Assembly (NCBI GenBank): GCA_050084515.1
Contig: CM114271.1
Span: 20,522,001-20,586,000 of the forward strand
DNA from: Blasia pusilla
Taxonomy: Eukaryota
Direction of reading: 5' to 3'
DNA length: 64,000 nt
Numbering within the stretch: the stretch's first letter is position 1; every line of letters begins with the position of its first letter. The notes under the pieces were generated by a model. The model was not told where the DNA came from and made no database searches. It saw only the letters and a list, made by a program, of their open reading frames with translations. A program made the position numbers and the translations under genes. Below are positions 36,501-50,186 of the stretch, one piece after another.

Positions 36501-38042
36501 TAAGCTCATCTAGTCACAATTGAGTAAGAATCCAACGGCCACGACGTAAACACATAAGATCTATTCTATGTACACCGTGCATCTCACATGGTTAGGGAAG
36601 ATTTTTCCAAGGAATTTTTTCTCAATTATTCTTAACGTGTTTAAATCGATTATTTCATAGATTAGTGCATGTGTGTTTAATTTTTTTCCCGAATAATTTA
36701 AAATTTCGTAAAAAAATAAAACAGACGTACATCTTATCACAGGGACCGCAATCCTACAGGTATGATTTTTGTCTCACATTTCAGGTTTGATGCCCATGAC
36801 ATCTCGGGACATCATCCCTTTCACGTACGGATGCCGTATCCACGGAGGGAGGGAGGGAAGGTGGAATGGATGGATGAAATATCAGGAAAGTCGGTTACTT
36901 GAACTCTCTCCCCATCCGGGAACACGTAGATGGGGAGACGTGTCCATCTTTCCGTCTCCCTCCGGATGTCCATCCAAATAGAGGAGAGGGACAGGTTGAC
37001 CCCACCATTAAGGAGAGGGAGGACGGGACGGAGTCACTTTTGGGTGGACGGGATTGACCCATCCCTCCCCCTTTATAATAATATGTATGTCTCCCACAGT
37101 AATCAGTGAATCCATCTCTCGACACAAGAAAGGATTTTTTAATGTTTCTCATATAGCACGAAAGCTCAAACCATTAATATAAAACTTACCAAGATGAACG
37201 AATTGATATGTAGGTATTTACTCAATAAAGGCCGTATGCCAACTTGCCAGGCTCCGCGGGCAAAACCTGCCCGTCATTTCGAACATTTTCTGAAGTTACT
37301 TTAGTCCACGGGGCTCAGCACACCTTCTCCTCGGTCCTATCAATCAACAAATCTGAATTATCGTCGGCGTGAGGAACATGAATAATACAAAATGCTTTTC
37401 CGAAGCGATGTATACATCTCGTCGATTTTTTATTCTTCCTTTCTCCATGAAGAGAAAAAAGAGTATTTAATCCTGAAAGTGAACCTTTAATTAATCCAAC
37501 CTTTTAAATTCCCATTTATGATTTTTGTGGTTGCATCGAACACCGCAGTTTCTGATCATTACAACCCAGAAAAAAATCCACTATTATCATTTCCGAAACT
37601 TTATCAACTCGCTCGGAAAGGTGGAATTTTCCCGGTTGGGACTGCTTCGCGAACAAAGTCCGTCGCTGGGACTTAAACACGCACGCCCAACTTATGGGTT
37701 CTCTCGTACTAGAAACGCACGCAGCAGCCGGAGCAGCAGCTCGCCGGGCTCGGGGTCGGTGCACATGAACCAAGAGGCGCAGGTGATAAATCGGCCGAGT
37801 ACGTAGCGAATGTTGGCGTCTCTGCGATGAGATCGTGCGGTAGCGAGTCTTCAAGTACGTCCGGTGGAGCATAATTGCGATGTTGACCGGAACTGCCGGC
37901 GGATCAGAGTGTAAGTATATACGGAGTGCCCGTTGACACCACGTGATCGGAGCTTATGGCTTAGATACATTACGTGAGGATTTCAGCGAACATGCTGAGG
38001 GGTATTCATGAGAAACTTGCACGTCTCCCTTGATTCGTCGTT

Positions 38043-38330
38043 TTCTCGGCGCCATGCCATGCTATGCCATGCGATGAATGTATGGGTCTTTGGTTGGGGC
38101 ACATGGCAGGACAGAAAGCACATGGGAGCGAATGGGAGTACCGACTTAGGGTGATTCAATATTTAATTAATTTTATTTCCTCAATAATTCTCGGCGCCAT
38201 GCCATGCGATGCGATGAATGTATGGATCTTGGGTTGGGCCTTATGGCAGGACAGAAAGCACATGGGATTATGGTAGTACCGACTTAGGGTGATTCAATAT
38301 TTAATTAATTTTATTTCCTCGATAATTCTC
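38043..38330. repeat. 145-bp tandem duplication
   Basis: ttctcggcgccatgccatgc...gtaccgacttagggtgattcaatatttaattaattttatttcctc at 38043 and 38188. Confidence 0.9.
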
Positions 38331-40294
38331 TGTTCAGAATTCTACGTGATGACAACAATCTATCAATCAATTCGTTTATAGAAGGTTAATAATAGCAAAT
38401 AATCTCCAAAGAAGATCGGAACAAAAATGACGATGGGCGTGGATTCAAAATAAGTAACGAGAGCTTCTCGATGCAAAGAAAACGTTCTAAACTTTATTTG
38501 CAATTATAACTATAATTACGATCGCGTGAGAATATAAATAAACAGTTTGTTTCATTCAAAGCTAGCAACGAGTATGAATATTTACTTTGAGCGAGGGATA
38601 TCTATACTAATATATGAGGATGGGGATGTTACTAATTGGGGACATGAGATGAAATAGGGGGGAAAGTTAAAAGAAGTGAAACCTTCCAGCACTTTGATCT
38701 CTAATATGGTTTCAATTTTTTTCCCAATATGCTACTTTTCATGGATCTGATCTCGACCTACTTTGTGCATCGTGCCCTGGTTGGAATCAATCCGAGAAAT
38801 ATGTCAAGGAACCATTGGACGGGTGCGCGGACACGTATTTTGAATAGGTTACGTTTTGACACCTACAAGAAGTTCGACCGCCATTCGAGGCTTTGGACTG
38901 TAGATAAATATTTTTTACTCTCCCGATGTTTTCTACCTTCGAGAAGGAAGAGGTGGGCCATATAGGGGGAGAGGAACGGGGGTGGAACCTCCGAGCACGA
39001 TTTCGATTCCGTTCCTAATATGTATCTACGTCGAACTTTTTAATGTGCAGCTCCAAATCTGCAGCTCGTAGCCACGTCGAGTTTTGAATTTACAGCTTCA
39101 AATCTGCAGAGCTAGCAGACATTGAATTGAGGGTAAGAGTACTCGTCTCTTTTGATCTCTGTTTCTCTCAAGAGGCCAAGATCCATAGGTAAGTTGTTCA
39201 TGTTTGCATACTGTTCGATTTCTAGAGTAGGAAATGAAATCGAAATTGGAACCGTCATCGTTCGGGCCAACGTTTGCTAGCCTTTGGATAGATTGGCACA
39301 TTCGTATCCTCTTTGGAAAATTCGGTCTCTCAGTCTTCACATTATGACGTCTCATTTATTAGCAGTAGAGGGCCCGGAAGCATATACCATAGGAGCAACG
39401 CACATAAGAAAGTTAATCTTCTGAGAGTTGTGTTCTCGAGTGCACGAAGATGGAGCTCTAGAAATCATAGATTTTGAGGCGGACATGTAGTATGTGGAGT
39501 TCTTTTATAAGTCCACCGTTCTATTGTCTTTTCACTCGAGTAGACTGAATTAAATGTGTGCTTCAGATTCTACATGTCCCTTTCTCTCAACAACGTAAAG
39601 CTCTAGCCTCCTCGCGCGCAGTGTTTTTTTCCCAAAGCTGACATGAAACTCGATCCACTCTCATCTCATCGCTCCCATCCTTGGAGCCATTTCCCCATTT
39701 TCCCATACTATTTGGCCGCGTCCTGATGAACGTACAATGGTACGTTCACATATTTTTGTGAGCAGATGAGTGTCCCTGTCCTTGCCTTGGAAATGAAATT
39801 GGACCACCAAACCTGTAAACCTTTCATCAATACTACTCACAACGTGCATCGTTTTGCAGAGTGGCCGTGCGTTATACGGGGGACGGATGTTGTGAAGTCT
39901 TACCGGAGTACGAGGTATGGAAGATGTGAATTATCACAGACGTCAATGGCTGGAGTCTGATCTCAAATGGGGCGGAGATCATATGACACTCTGTTTCTCC
40001 CTCGCTCTCAAGTCCCTACTACCAAACCCACACACTCGAGTGAAATCAGATTGTTACTTTTCTTTTTTAGTCTTTGAAGATAGAGATAGTGATTGATTCA
40101 ATTTATTCCTGGGGATGCCGATGATGATGTCGACACTCCAGATGCACTTCAGTTTCATGCTATGAAATGGGGGATGGATCCAAATACGGAATTGATAATT
40201 CACACTATGTCTTCAGCAGCTAACTGGTGGGGATTAAACTCCCTTTAACGCATCAAAGTAAATCAGTGCACGTTGGACACAAAGGTGCTCGATT

Positions 40295-40419
<125 letters not shown>

Positions 40420-43400
40420 AAGGAGATCCATCGTCAAGTTCTCCAAGTTCGGGTTCCGGAGAGTGTGAGGGACTAGGGGCACAACAAGGCCCCAAGAAGA
40501 GGTAGTTGGCTAGGAAGGTGGGGAGAGGTAGCGTGAAGGTGGGAGACTTGGATAGGATCGAGAAAATTTCTTTGCTTGATCAAATCAAACGCACTTCGCT
40601 AGTTGTTGAGCTTGGCTGGCTCGAAGGTCCAGATCGGCCAATTGCGATCGATGCGTCAAGCCAGCCTTTGCCTCGCCAAGAGTTATAGTGAGAGAACTTG
40701 GGCATTTAAGCTCTCAGTCTTTATAGTATGTACTTGTATGCCTGTGTCTCTCGTACAAATACATTATCCCATCCTGCGCTATAGTTTACATGGCAGTGTA
40801 CAAAACCCGACGTGTTCGGTTTGTCCTTCTCAAAAAGACCCAAACAGGTCCTTCTCGGACAGACCTATACGCATGTACTATGCCTGTGCATAGCACGGGC
40901 ATTCTTACTATTACACTTTAATAGAAAATGGGATGGAAAAGCCATGGGGATACAAAGGAGGGGGGCATAGAGAGCCAAAAAACCCGCGGGCCGAAATTGG
41001 CCTCAAGAGACAGAAGGGGGCCTCTCCCTTAACGACCAAAATCACCAAGAGCAGAGACAATATCAATAACACCAATAGAACTATGGCTACTACTAAGTGG
41101 GCCTCTAGTACTAGAGTCTCCAATCGCCTAAGCCCGCCGCCAAAGCCCATTTGTCTGGGCACGCTGCAAAGCTATGGGGACACGTTGCCTACAATAAAAT
41201 ATCGCAGGAGTTGAAAGTTCAGTTTTGGATTAAAGTAAAAATTAATGCGACAATCATACGGGTTGACATGGTTAATCCTTCTAATGTGTCAAAATCCTCG
41301 GGCTTATTCATCCTCGAGTTAGCTAGCTCTGGTCCTTCTTTAAAATCCTCTTGTAAATTAAGTTTATATCTTTTACGTTTCCCTAGTAGTGTATAGGAGC
41401 CTGGAGCACAATTGCCAACTTCTCCCCCTACAAAATAGTAGGCTGCGTGTTCTAACCTGGCTTAAGACCAAAGTTTTGCCTAAGTGTTCCTTACGGACTA
41501 TTTCAACTTGCACCTTGCATAGCTTAATCCGAGAATGAATAGGCACGAGGATCAAAACCATTTATGAGTGTTTTAATCCAAAATTCTAAATTTATGAGTA
41601 TGTACTAGTGGGATGGTTGATTTTTGTAGGTGTTCAGTCTTTCTCTTACATATTCAAAAATTACTAGCTAGTCAGAGGGATGCATAATTTTGAATCACCC
41701 ATCTTAAGTGTACAATTGAATTTGAACAATCGTATTGGTTTGGACAACGAGTGATTATATTGGCTAAAAAGACATGTGTCAAAAAAAGAGGTGATCTCAA
41801 ATGAAGAAGCACTCACCAATAAAAATATAGATATTTTTGGCATTGGTGATCTATTGTAGTTTGAAACAAATTAACTTAGAGTTATTAAGTGAGGGATAGA
41901 CAATCCATCCGAAGGTCTAGTTATACTAGTAAGGAATGGTAAGGGACCGTGTGATACAAGGATCCCCATCCTTATTTAATAATGTTATGCTTCAATATGA
42001 CCTTCGATTAACGAAATATGAATCCGAACTAGCGTGACCAAATGGAGGAGCAGCTAAAAAATATTACATCCTCCAATTAATATGTAGATATAGTTAGAGG
42101 CCCTTATACATGTCTCCCTTTTCCATTATCCACCACCATAATGTGCCACAACACAATGAGTGTAGAGTTCACATACATATGCCGATTCAATCTCCCATTG
42201 ATGGTATTTCTAAATTTGCTAACACCAAGATGACTATCGATTTTTCAAAGATCGAAGATTGCTTTCACTAAATGCATTTCTTATTATAGTCTTATTAGAG
42301 TACTGAGGATTGGGGTTCACACATTTCCAAAGCAACCCTGTCATTACAAACTTTGTTACTATTGACACTTTGTCATGTACAAAAAGACTCGCACACATTT
42401 GCACATTGTGGATCTATAGTTTTCCCCTATCATGATCCATTATATATGGATTTTCAATTCGTATATCTTTATTCTGAATTTCCACTTATATCCATGGTGG
42501 CATCAAACTCGGATGCAACATTTAGTGTACGGCTAACCAAGGAAATATTTTTGGAACATTCGATGTTGCAATGGTTTTCCTTCGCTCTTTCCTATTCATG
42601 TATGACTTATGTACCATTTCCCTTTTTTTTATTATGTTTCCCTCTCCATTCAAAGGTATTCAAATATTCTATACAATTCCACTACTAATTATGTATTACC
42701 ACAATCTTTAGGGGATTTCAACAATTGGATTCTTGCTAGTGTCTCTAACACGTAATGTTATATATTTTAGTTTTATCACTATCCTCTCTCAATGATATTC
42801 ATTTATTGTTAAGTGCATAAAGCGCGCTTGTCGCAATGGAAAATTTACCAACTTTTTCATACTCTGTGTGTGAATCTTTTGATATGATATCGGAAGACTC
42901 ACACACCTAAACCTTGAGTCATGAATCGTTACACTAGATCCTATTGATTCATTAGGCATAAACCCATATTGGTGGGAGCTAGTGGATTGTAAGAGGTGTG
43001 CCTCACCTCTTACAATCCATATCCACATACATGTTCAGACTTGTCAATCCATGTGCATCTTAGGGACGGAATTTTCATTTTTTTTCAACCATGTCTTCTT
43101 GTCAATTTTCCTTACTTGAAAGGTATATCAAATAATTGTGAAAAGTCCACATTTCTCCCAATTCTCTTCATTTAATTTATGTGAATAAATCGTGCTGCCA
43201 CCACTTTAGTAGCATTATTTTTTATGTGTGAAGAAATCATACTTTTATTATATTTCTTCATCCCATGTAGTTCATTTACATCATGATCATTCCACTTGAT
43301 TTATTTTCACTAGATGTTATCCACGTCATGTATTTTAGGATAGATCGACGAGTATCCGAAGGGTGCCTTTGAGGAGATTAGAGGATAGCTTGAAGAGGTG

Positions 43401-44705
43401 AAGCATGACCTTCTAAGGCCTCGGATAATCTGATAGAGAAGGCTTTCCCTTTGTTTTAGCTCATTTGGAGTTATATAGATAAATTTACTATTTTTCAAAT
43501 TCCTATTATGAGTCCTCTATATTTAACTATCAAAAGATAATACACTTATTCCTACTATAACACACCTTCATTTCTTAACTTTAGTATACCATCTTAAGAC
43601 TACTTCTATGTTTGTGATGTCAGATTTGAGGATGTTACAATGAAAACATCAATGTTTAAGCGAGTCTTTGATATATGATAGATTTACTTTATAGCCACCT
43701 CACATATCGCCAATTCTTCTTTATTATGGACTCACGAGTCAAAATGATTTCAATAGATTGATTGTGGAATGTTTCAAAGTCCAATCACTTTTTGAGATCC
43801 CCTTAAGAGATTTGAACATATAAAATCTTGACTATATAAATGCATGTGATTCAAATAGTCTTACTTATAAACTTTCACACTAATACTCTTTATAAAGACT
43901 TCCTCACTTTGTTAGGGTATTTAGGATCACACCCAATTACGTATTGGTTATAAGACGATCAACTTTGGTTAGTAAAATACTCTATGCTTTACAACAAACC
44001 TACTAACACATACAATGAACATTGATCCATATAGATTGGATTTGAAAATTTAACATGATAGTGCCTAATCCATTCCAATGCATTGAAAAAGATCGCATGA
44101 TTTGTTTGAGAATGGAAATATCTACTTTAGAATGGATTCAACTATCCACCCTACTCAAATCAGTGTTTTGCAAGGATTATCATATGATTTATGCCTAACA
44201 TTAGAAACAAGAATATTTCTAATGTTATGCATGAATTCTTTTTAGAAGAGAAACCCAAAAAAGTAAATTCATAGAGTCCAAACTCTGCATCTCCTAACTT
44301 TTCTTGAAGCTCCATTGATCTTGAGCTTTGCAAGTGGAAGACTTGGATTGAGTCTCATGCCAAATATTCAAGGGATTGCAATTGTGTGTTCTATACGTAG
44401 CAGAGAAACCGCCAAGTGCTAATCGGTTCAGGTCTCCCCAAGTATGAACCGTCTTCCTAAGAAGCTTCTTCCCCAAACCTTCACCAATGCCTCCAAATCA
44501 CGGCCTAATATGCATCATACCTAGTTCCTTAGTCAAGGGCTTGAGCGGGTAGGAAGGGAGAGTCTTCCCCCCTATAAGTGCTTTTGGGGTTCTCCATGGG
44601 AACCCTATCTTCCCAAGTTCCTCCCTCGAACCCTTGATTTTGGCCATTAATCCAAACACGATTTATGTTTCGTGTGTCTCATGGCTTGGTGGAGGCTAGT
44701 TATCC

Positions 44706-47700
44706 TTTGAAAATTTCAGATCAATTTCTGTTAGGAGTAATCTATGCTTCAATTGGAGTAGTGGAGAGCTTAAAATTAAGTTTTTGTGAGTAAAATCGTT
44801 CTTCATGGAGTATTCTTCAACACCAATCACAAGCGAGAAGCTAGATAAGTAGAATTACAATGTCTAGAAGTTTCGTATGAAGCAATTTCTCATGGGTCAA
44901 GAACTATGGGAGTTTGTTACAGATGATGAGGCCAAACCAGAAGATGAATAAACAGACTTGAATGTTCGCGCTTAGGAAAAATGCGCAAGGCAAGTAATCC
45001 ACTACATTTCAATAGCGATCAGTTCACCAGTGATTGGTCATATTCAAGATGCTGATATTCCGAAGGAGGCCTAAGATGCATTGGAAAAGTTGTTCCAAAT
45101 ATCTACAAAGGCTAGAAAGCTTCAATTGAAACAACAATTGAACGTAGTGAAGAATGGATCGCATTTTGAGTATGAGACATATTGTTGATCAATTGAATAG
45201 CATTGGAGTGCCAATAGAAGATGATGGTAGGATTTTGTTCACTCTTTTAGGCCTTCCAAAGGATTACAAGTCTTTTGAGACTTTCATCTCTATGAGAGAG
45301 AAGTATCCAACCTTTCAAGAGTTCGTTACACTGTTAATTAGTGAGGAGATGCTCTTGGTAGGCAACAATAGCTTGTCTAGTATGGAAGAGAGTGCGCTAT
45401 TTGTAGGTAATGGATCAAGCAGAGGCAGAGGTCGTGGTAGAAGCTTCCGTGGTCGTGATGGATATCAAGCATATGGAGGAAGAGATGCTTAACAATACTA
45501 GACACAATCACAAGGTGGTGATGGTGGAAACCGTTGGGATTGAGGTCAGTAGCAAAGGATCCCTGGATCTTGCAATTACGATGGGATAAAGGGTCAATAT
45601 GAAAAGTTTTCCTTTAAGAAGAAGGCACATATAAGAATATGAGCCTTACAACAACAAAACTATGTGGAGCAAAAACACAAAGGGCAGTAGAACAACAACA
45701 TTTATAAACTGACCAGCTTTCGATCATGATTGATTATATGGGAGCAATGGTCAAGAAAGACTCGACAATAGATAGGTACATCGACTTTTGTGCATCAAAT
45801 CACATGACCTCACAAGCTAAATGCTTCAGTAGTATGGAGCGGGTAGAAAATCGTGCAATAGTGCTTACAGAAGATAATACTCAACATCATATAACGCATA
45901 TCGGTAAAGTTCCAATAGCATCAGATGGTCTTTGTGCTCTTGGAAATATTCTTTATATTCCCATCATTACAAGAAATTTGATCTCCGTAGGACACATAGT
46001 GGAACAGGGTTGTGAAGTGAAGTTGAACATAGATGGTTGTTTCATTGAAAAAATGGATGACTAGACTATGATAGTCAAAGAAACTAGATCTAGAAGAATG
46101 TTCAAATTAGATATTTCTATGTTAGATATTCAAACATCAATGTATGGTCAAACTGGCCAATAAGTCACAGATCTAAATGTGTGGCATAAGAGAATTCGAC
46201 ATATGAATCTTCAAAGATTACGGAGTCTTTCATCATCTAATCTAGTAATAAGACTTCCTAGATTATTGAGTCCTACTATGTTAGAGATATGCCCTCCTTA
46301 CCAATTTGGGAAACAAGTTAGATTTCCATTTCCAAAGCAAGGTAGAAAAGCATCCAAGATATTGGAGTTGATTCACAACGATGTGTGGACAACATCACAA
46401 TAGAGCCTTAGTGGTTGGCAGTACTTAGTTTCATTTATTGATGACTTTTCTAGATATATATATTTGATTATAATTTTTGAAAGCCAAATCAGAAGTATTC
46501 TCAATATTCCAAACATTCAAAATTATGGTAGAGAAGCACATCGGAGATCGAACACATTCTCAAATTACGTTATGATGGAGAAAGAGAGTACCTTTCAACA
46601 GAGTTTTATAACTACTTATATCATAATGACATCCAACAACAAGTGACTTATCGTTATATTCCACAAAAAAATGGAGTGGTTGAGAAGAAGAATCGACATG
46701 TTGTTAAGGCGGTACGTGCTATAGTGAATGAGAAGAACATGCCTAAGATATATTGGGCAGAGGCTGTAGCGTGCGCACTCTCTTTAATCAACCAAACTCC
46801 ATCAGCATAAGTTCATGATAAGACTCCTTTCAAAGTCTTCATAGGAAGTAAACCTAATTTCTCCTTCTTGAAAGTATTTGGTTGTATTTGTTATGTTGAT
46901 GTTCCTTATGGAAGACATAAAAAATTAGACCCCAAATCTAAAATCTTCATTGCCTATGCTAATGGAACTAAGGGATAGAAGTGCTACATTCCATCCTCTA
47001 AGCAGCTTATTATTATTCACGATGTTGTCTTTGATGAGCTAAAATCATGGTATGCTCCATCTGATCCTATTCCACCTCTAAACTCGTCTGTTAAGGGGAA
47101 GAATATGACTATAAACCAAGAGACATTGCCTACCTCCCCAAGTACTAGTACATGATTAGGAGAGGTTCTAAATTCTTCAGTTAAATGTGTCATTCCATGG
47201 TTGGGAAGAATACATATCGAGTTTGTTGACACTAGTCATAGTTTGAGTCAGGTGTTAGAGGCATCTACATATGAACAACAACTTCGTAGATCAAGTAGAG
47301 TCACACATCTTGTTCATAGATATATGAATGAAGGATGTCTTGCAACAAATCATGCATATATGATGACTATTCTTCAAGAATACGAGTGGACTTGTTGTAA
47401 AGAAGATGCAAGCAAGATGGAATGGATTTAAGTTATGGAGGAAGAGTTTGTTGCATTAAGACATCAAGAGACTTGGGATCCGGTTGATATAACTTCCGAT
47501 AAGAAAGCTATTGGTTGCAAATAAGTTTACAAAGTCAATCGCAATCAAGATGGTACAATGAACAGATACAAAGCTACATTGGTAGCCAAGGGCTACGCAC
47601 AATAATATGGCATCGAGTATGAGGAGATATTTAACCTTGATGGAAAGATGGCAACTACGAAAAAAATGGTTGTAGTTTTAGTCCGTAAGAAGTGGAGATT

Positions 47701-48719
47701 ACATAACATGGACATCAAGAATTCCTTATTGAATGGAGATCTATTTAAGGAGGTATATATGACTCAACCACTTGGATATGAGCATCCAAAGTTTCCATTC
47801 TACGTATGCAGATTAAAAAATGCTCGATACGTTTTCATACAACCTCCAAGAGTTTTGTATGGCAAGATTACATATGTCCTACAAGAGTTGGGCTTTAGGG
47901 TATATGATTTTGACTCCTCGTTATATATCTTCAGAGGACAAGATTATACGGTTATAATGATATTGTATTTTGATGATCTCTTGATTATTAGGGGTAGTGA
48001 GGATATGATACAACAAGTCAAGCTAAAGTTACAGGTTGGATTTGATATAAAGGACTTGAGAGAACTCAAGTACTTCCTTGGTGTTGAGTTTATCAAGGTT
48101 GGAGAGAGCATGTGATTATTACAACAAAAATATGCTCTTTATATACTTTCAAAATATGGTATGACGGCTTGTAAGCCAATCTCTAACGCGTTGGATCAAA
48201 GTGTATAGCTAAGAGTGGATGAAGGAGAGTTGCTTGCCTTTATATATATGCGCATGGTTGGAAGTTTGATCTATTATACAGGGGCAACTATAAAAAAATG
48301 TTGATATCTTTACCTTAATGAGATGAGTTTGAGATATTAAGAAACGATTAAGGTATTAGAAATAGCGATAGGAGCTTGAGGGGGAGTTTTGAAGACTGAG
48401 TTATAGTCAAGCTCATCGAACACCCGAACTGCTACATTTGGTATTCATACCAAATATGGAAGCTTAATCTTGGTTAGTCAGTTAAGCGTGATTATCTTAA
48501 CTAGATTTAGATAATCATAATTAGTCTAACTCAAGACTATGATTAGGATTACTTGGATTAGGGTTAGGATTTCTTGTACATACCCTATATAATTAAGAAG
48601 GGGACCGGCCTCTACTCATGATCTCATTACATAATTTTGTTCTCCATGAAGGTGTGTGACTACAGTGTGAGTGTGAGAGTCATATCCCACTAGCTACACT
48701 TCTTTACCAGTTTTCTACA
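44706..48719 (+). mobile_element. Second, 5'-truncated and internally deleted copy of the same copia family
   Basis: Colinear homology to 6180-8588 and 14549-15770 (gag atggagtattcttcaaca, protease YIDFCASNHM, integrase, RT). RNase H is largely deleted near 48280. PPT gagggggag and a 3' LTR at 48387-48719 homologous to the 307-bp LTR. The gypsy insertion is absent (catctgatcctattcc at ~47058). Confidence 0.92.
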
Positions 48720-49776
48720 CGAAGGCTCACTCACTACTCTACCACGTGCTCCGAATGATTCTCAGCTCTTCCCATAATGATTATTTCCGCAATTTTTCTT
48801 CTTTGTTGGAACTAGAAACTCGCGAATTAGACATTATCTAAAACGATCGCTCGTGCCAATTCCAAACGACGTAATCCCGAGCTGATCAGTGATATGGCTC
48901 GCTGCACAAACTTTCGGTTGAAAGCATTTGTCAGATTTTATCACGTGTCTCCACATAAATATTAGAAGCTATCAGAAGAGAAACATCCATGCACCCGATC
49001 TAGTGACCTAAGAGAAGGAAAAAGTCATGGATGATCCACGAACAACTCTACATCATTGTCGTATAGTAAAATGATCCATTATCTTATTAGTGTTAGAAAG
49101 AGTTTTATAAAGTATTAAGTAAACTAGCTTAGGAAAATAAATTTTTCATGTTGAAAACTTATAATGTTGCCTTATTTGTATGAGCCTAACTTTAGAAAAA
49201 GAGATCATAAATGAGATGTGAGAATATAAAAGTAAAGTAGTCTTGGTTGGTGTCTAGGATAGTTGCGATAGTTTGGAGGATATGAAGTGAGTTGATGAGG
49301 ATAATTTGGAAGAGATACCATGTAATCTTCTTGTGTCAAAATGGGATTGGTTAAACCTTGAGAGGGAGCCATGTGGCACAAGATAAGATTAGCTCTATTG
49401 CGTATCCTTGTGGATCCCTTATGAGTACATAAACAAGAGGGACCTTCAAAGATTAATCAACTTCAACTTCATTTCTTGAGTCTCCCTTGTTACTCTTGAG
49501 TGGATGGAATTGGGCTAATTTATTGTTCCAATAAGAGTGGATTATCCCTCTTTGGAGAGTGATTTGACAAAAATCTATTCTTCAAGAGTTTCGAGAGTCT
49601 AATATGTCTGAAAATGGTTATTTGGAGAGATTTGTCATCTTAGGAGAGTTTTTGTCATACTAGGGATAGTGAATGGTTTTGGCTTATTAATTTTCCAATG
49701 AGAGTGGATTATTCCTTTCGGGAGAGAAACTCTTTCAAAAACCATTCTTGAGGAGAATAGAGGATGTTTGTCAATT

Positions 49777-49979
49777 CTGGATAGGAATGAAGCACAATTC
49801 ATACACGATTTTCCTTTTCTCAACCCATAATACGTAAAGGTTCTCTTCGTAGATAGGCATTGGTTTACTCGTTATCTAGTCAATCATTTTGGACAGGCAT
49901 TTAATCTCCAACTACGGTGATGCTTCATATTATCACGTATAGAAGGACATTGGATTGCACTTTGTATGTCCTTATATAG
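49777..49979 (+). pseudogene. ORF-A homolog (CTG at start position, internal TAA, ~16-nt deletion)
   Basis: (L)DRNEAQFIHDFPFLNP*YVKVLFVDRHWFTRYLVNHFGQAFNLQ/VMLHIITYRRTLDCTLYVLI*. Confidence 0.65.
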
Positions 49980-49985
49980 CAATCT

Positions 49986-50186
49986 ATGGATGTTTATAGG
50001 TCTACTCGAGTAGGGTTTAACACTAGTTGTGCCATTTTTCTTATGTACAAGCGTAAAGTAGTTTACATGAACTTCATAGTTAAGAATTTCGGGGTTAAAT
50101 GTTATGAAGAAGTGATCGCCTTGACACTACCATTCGTGATTCCTATCGTGATAGAATGGAGAGTGTATATAATGATTTTGTATTGA
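49986..50186 (+). CDS. ORF-B homolog, 66 aa, intact
   Basis: MDVYRSTRVGFNTSC...EEVIALTLPFVIPIVIEWRVYIMILY, gap-free with 13803-13603. Confidence 0.65.
   Translation: MDVYRSTRVGFNTSCAIFLMYKRKVVYMNFIVKNFGVKCYEEVIALTLPFVIPIVIEWRVYIMILY

Noticed and set aside
36770-37126. Possible solo LTR (TGTC...GACACA with a TATA-like motif)
   Set aside because: No matching TSD and no second copy in the window.
37234-37260. Resemblance to miR160 (tgccaggctcc, gtatgcca)
   Set aside because: The pieces are in the wrong order with several mismatches, and there is no precursor hairpin.
41378-41391. CACTA-like terminus (CACTACTAGGGAAA on the minus strand)
   Set aside because: No partner terminus or transposase found nearby; a single 14-mer is insufficient.
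42100-43030. Possible Mutator transposase relic (ANVCESF, SIGSSV..HD.RFRCV on the minus strand)
   Set aside because: Motifs too short and degenerate to support without a profile search.
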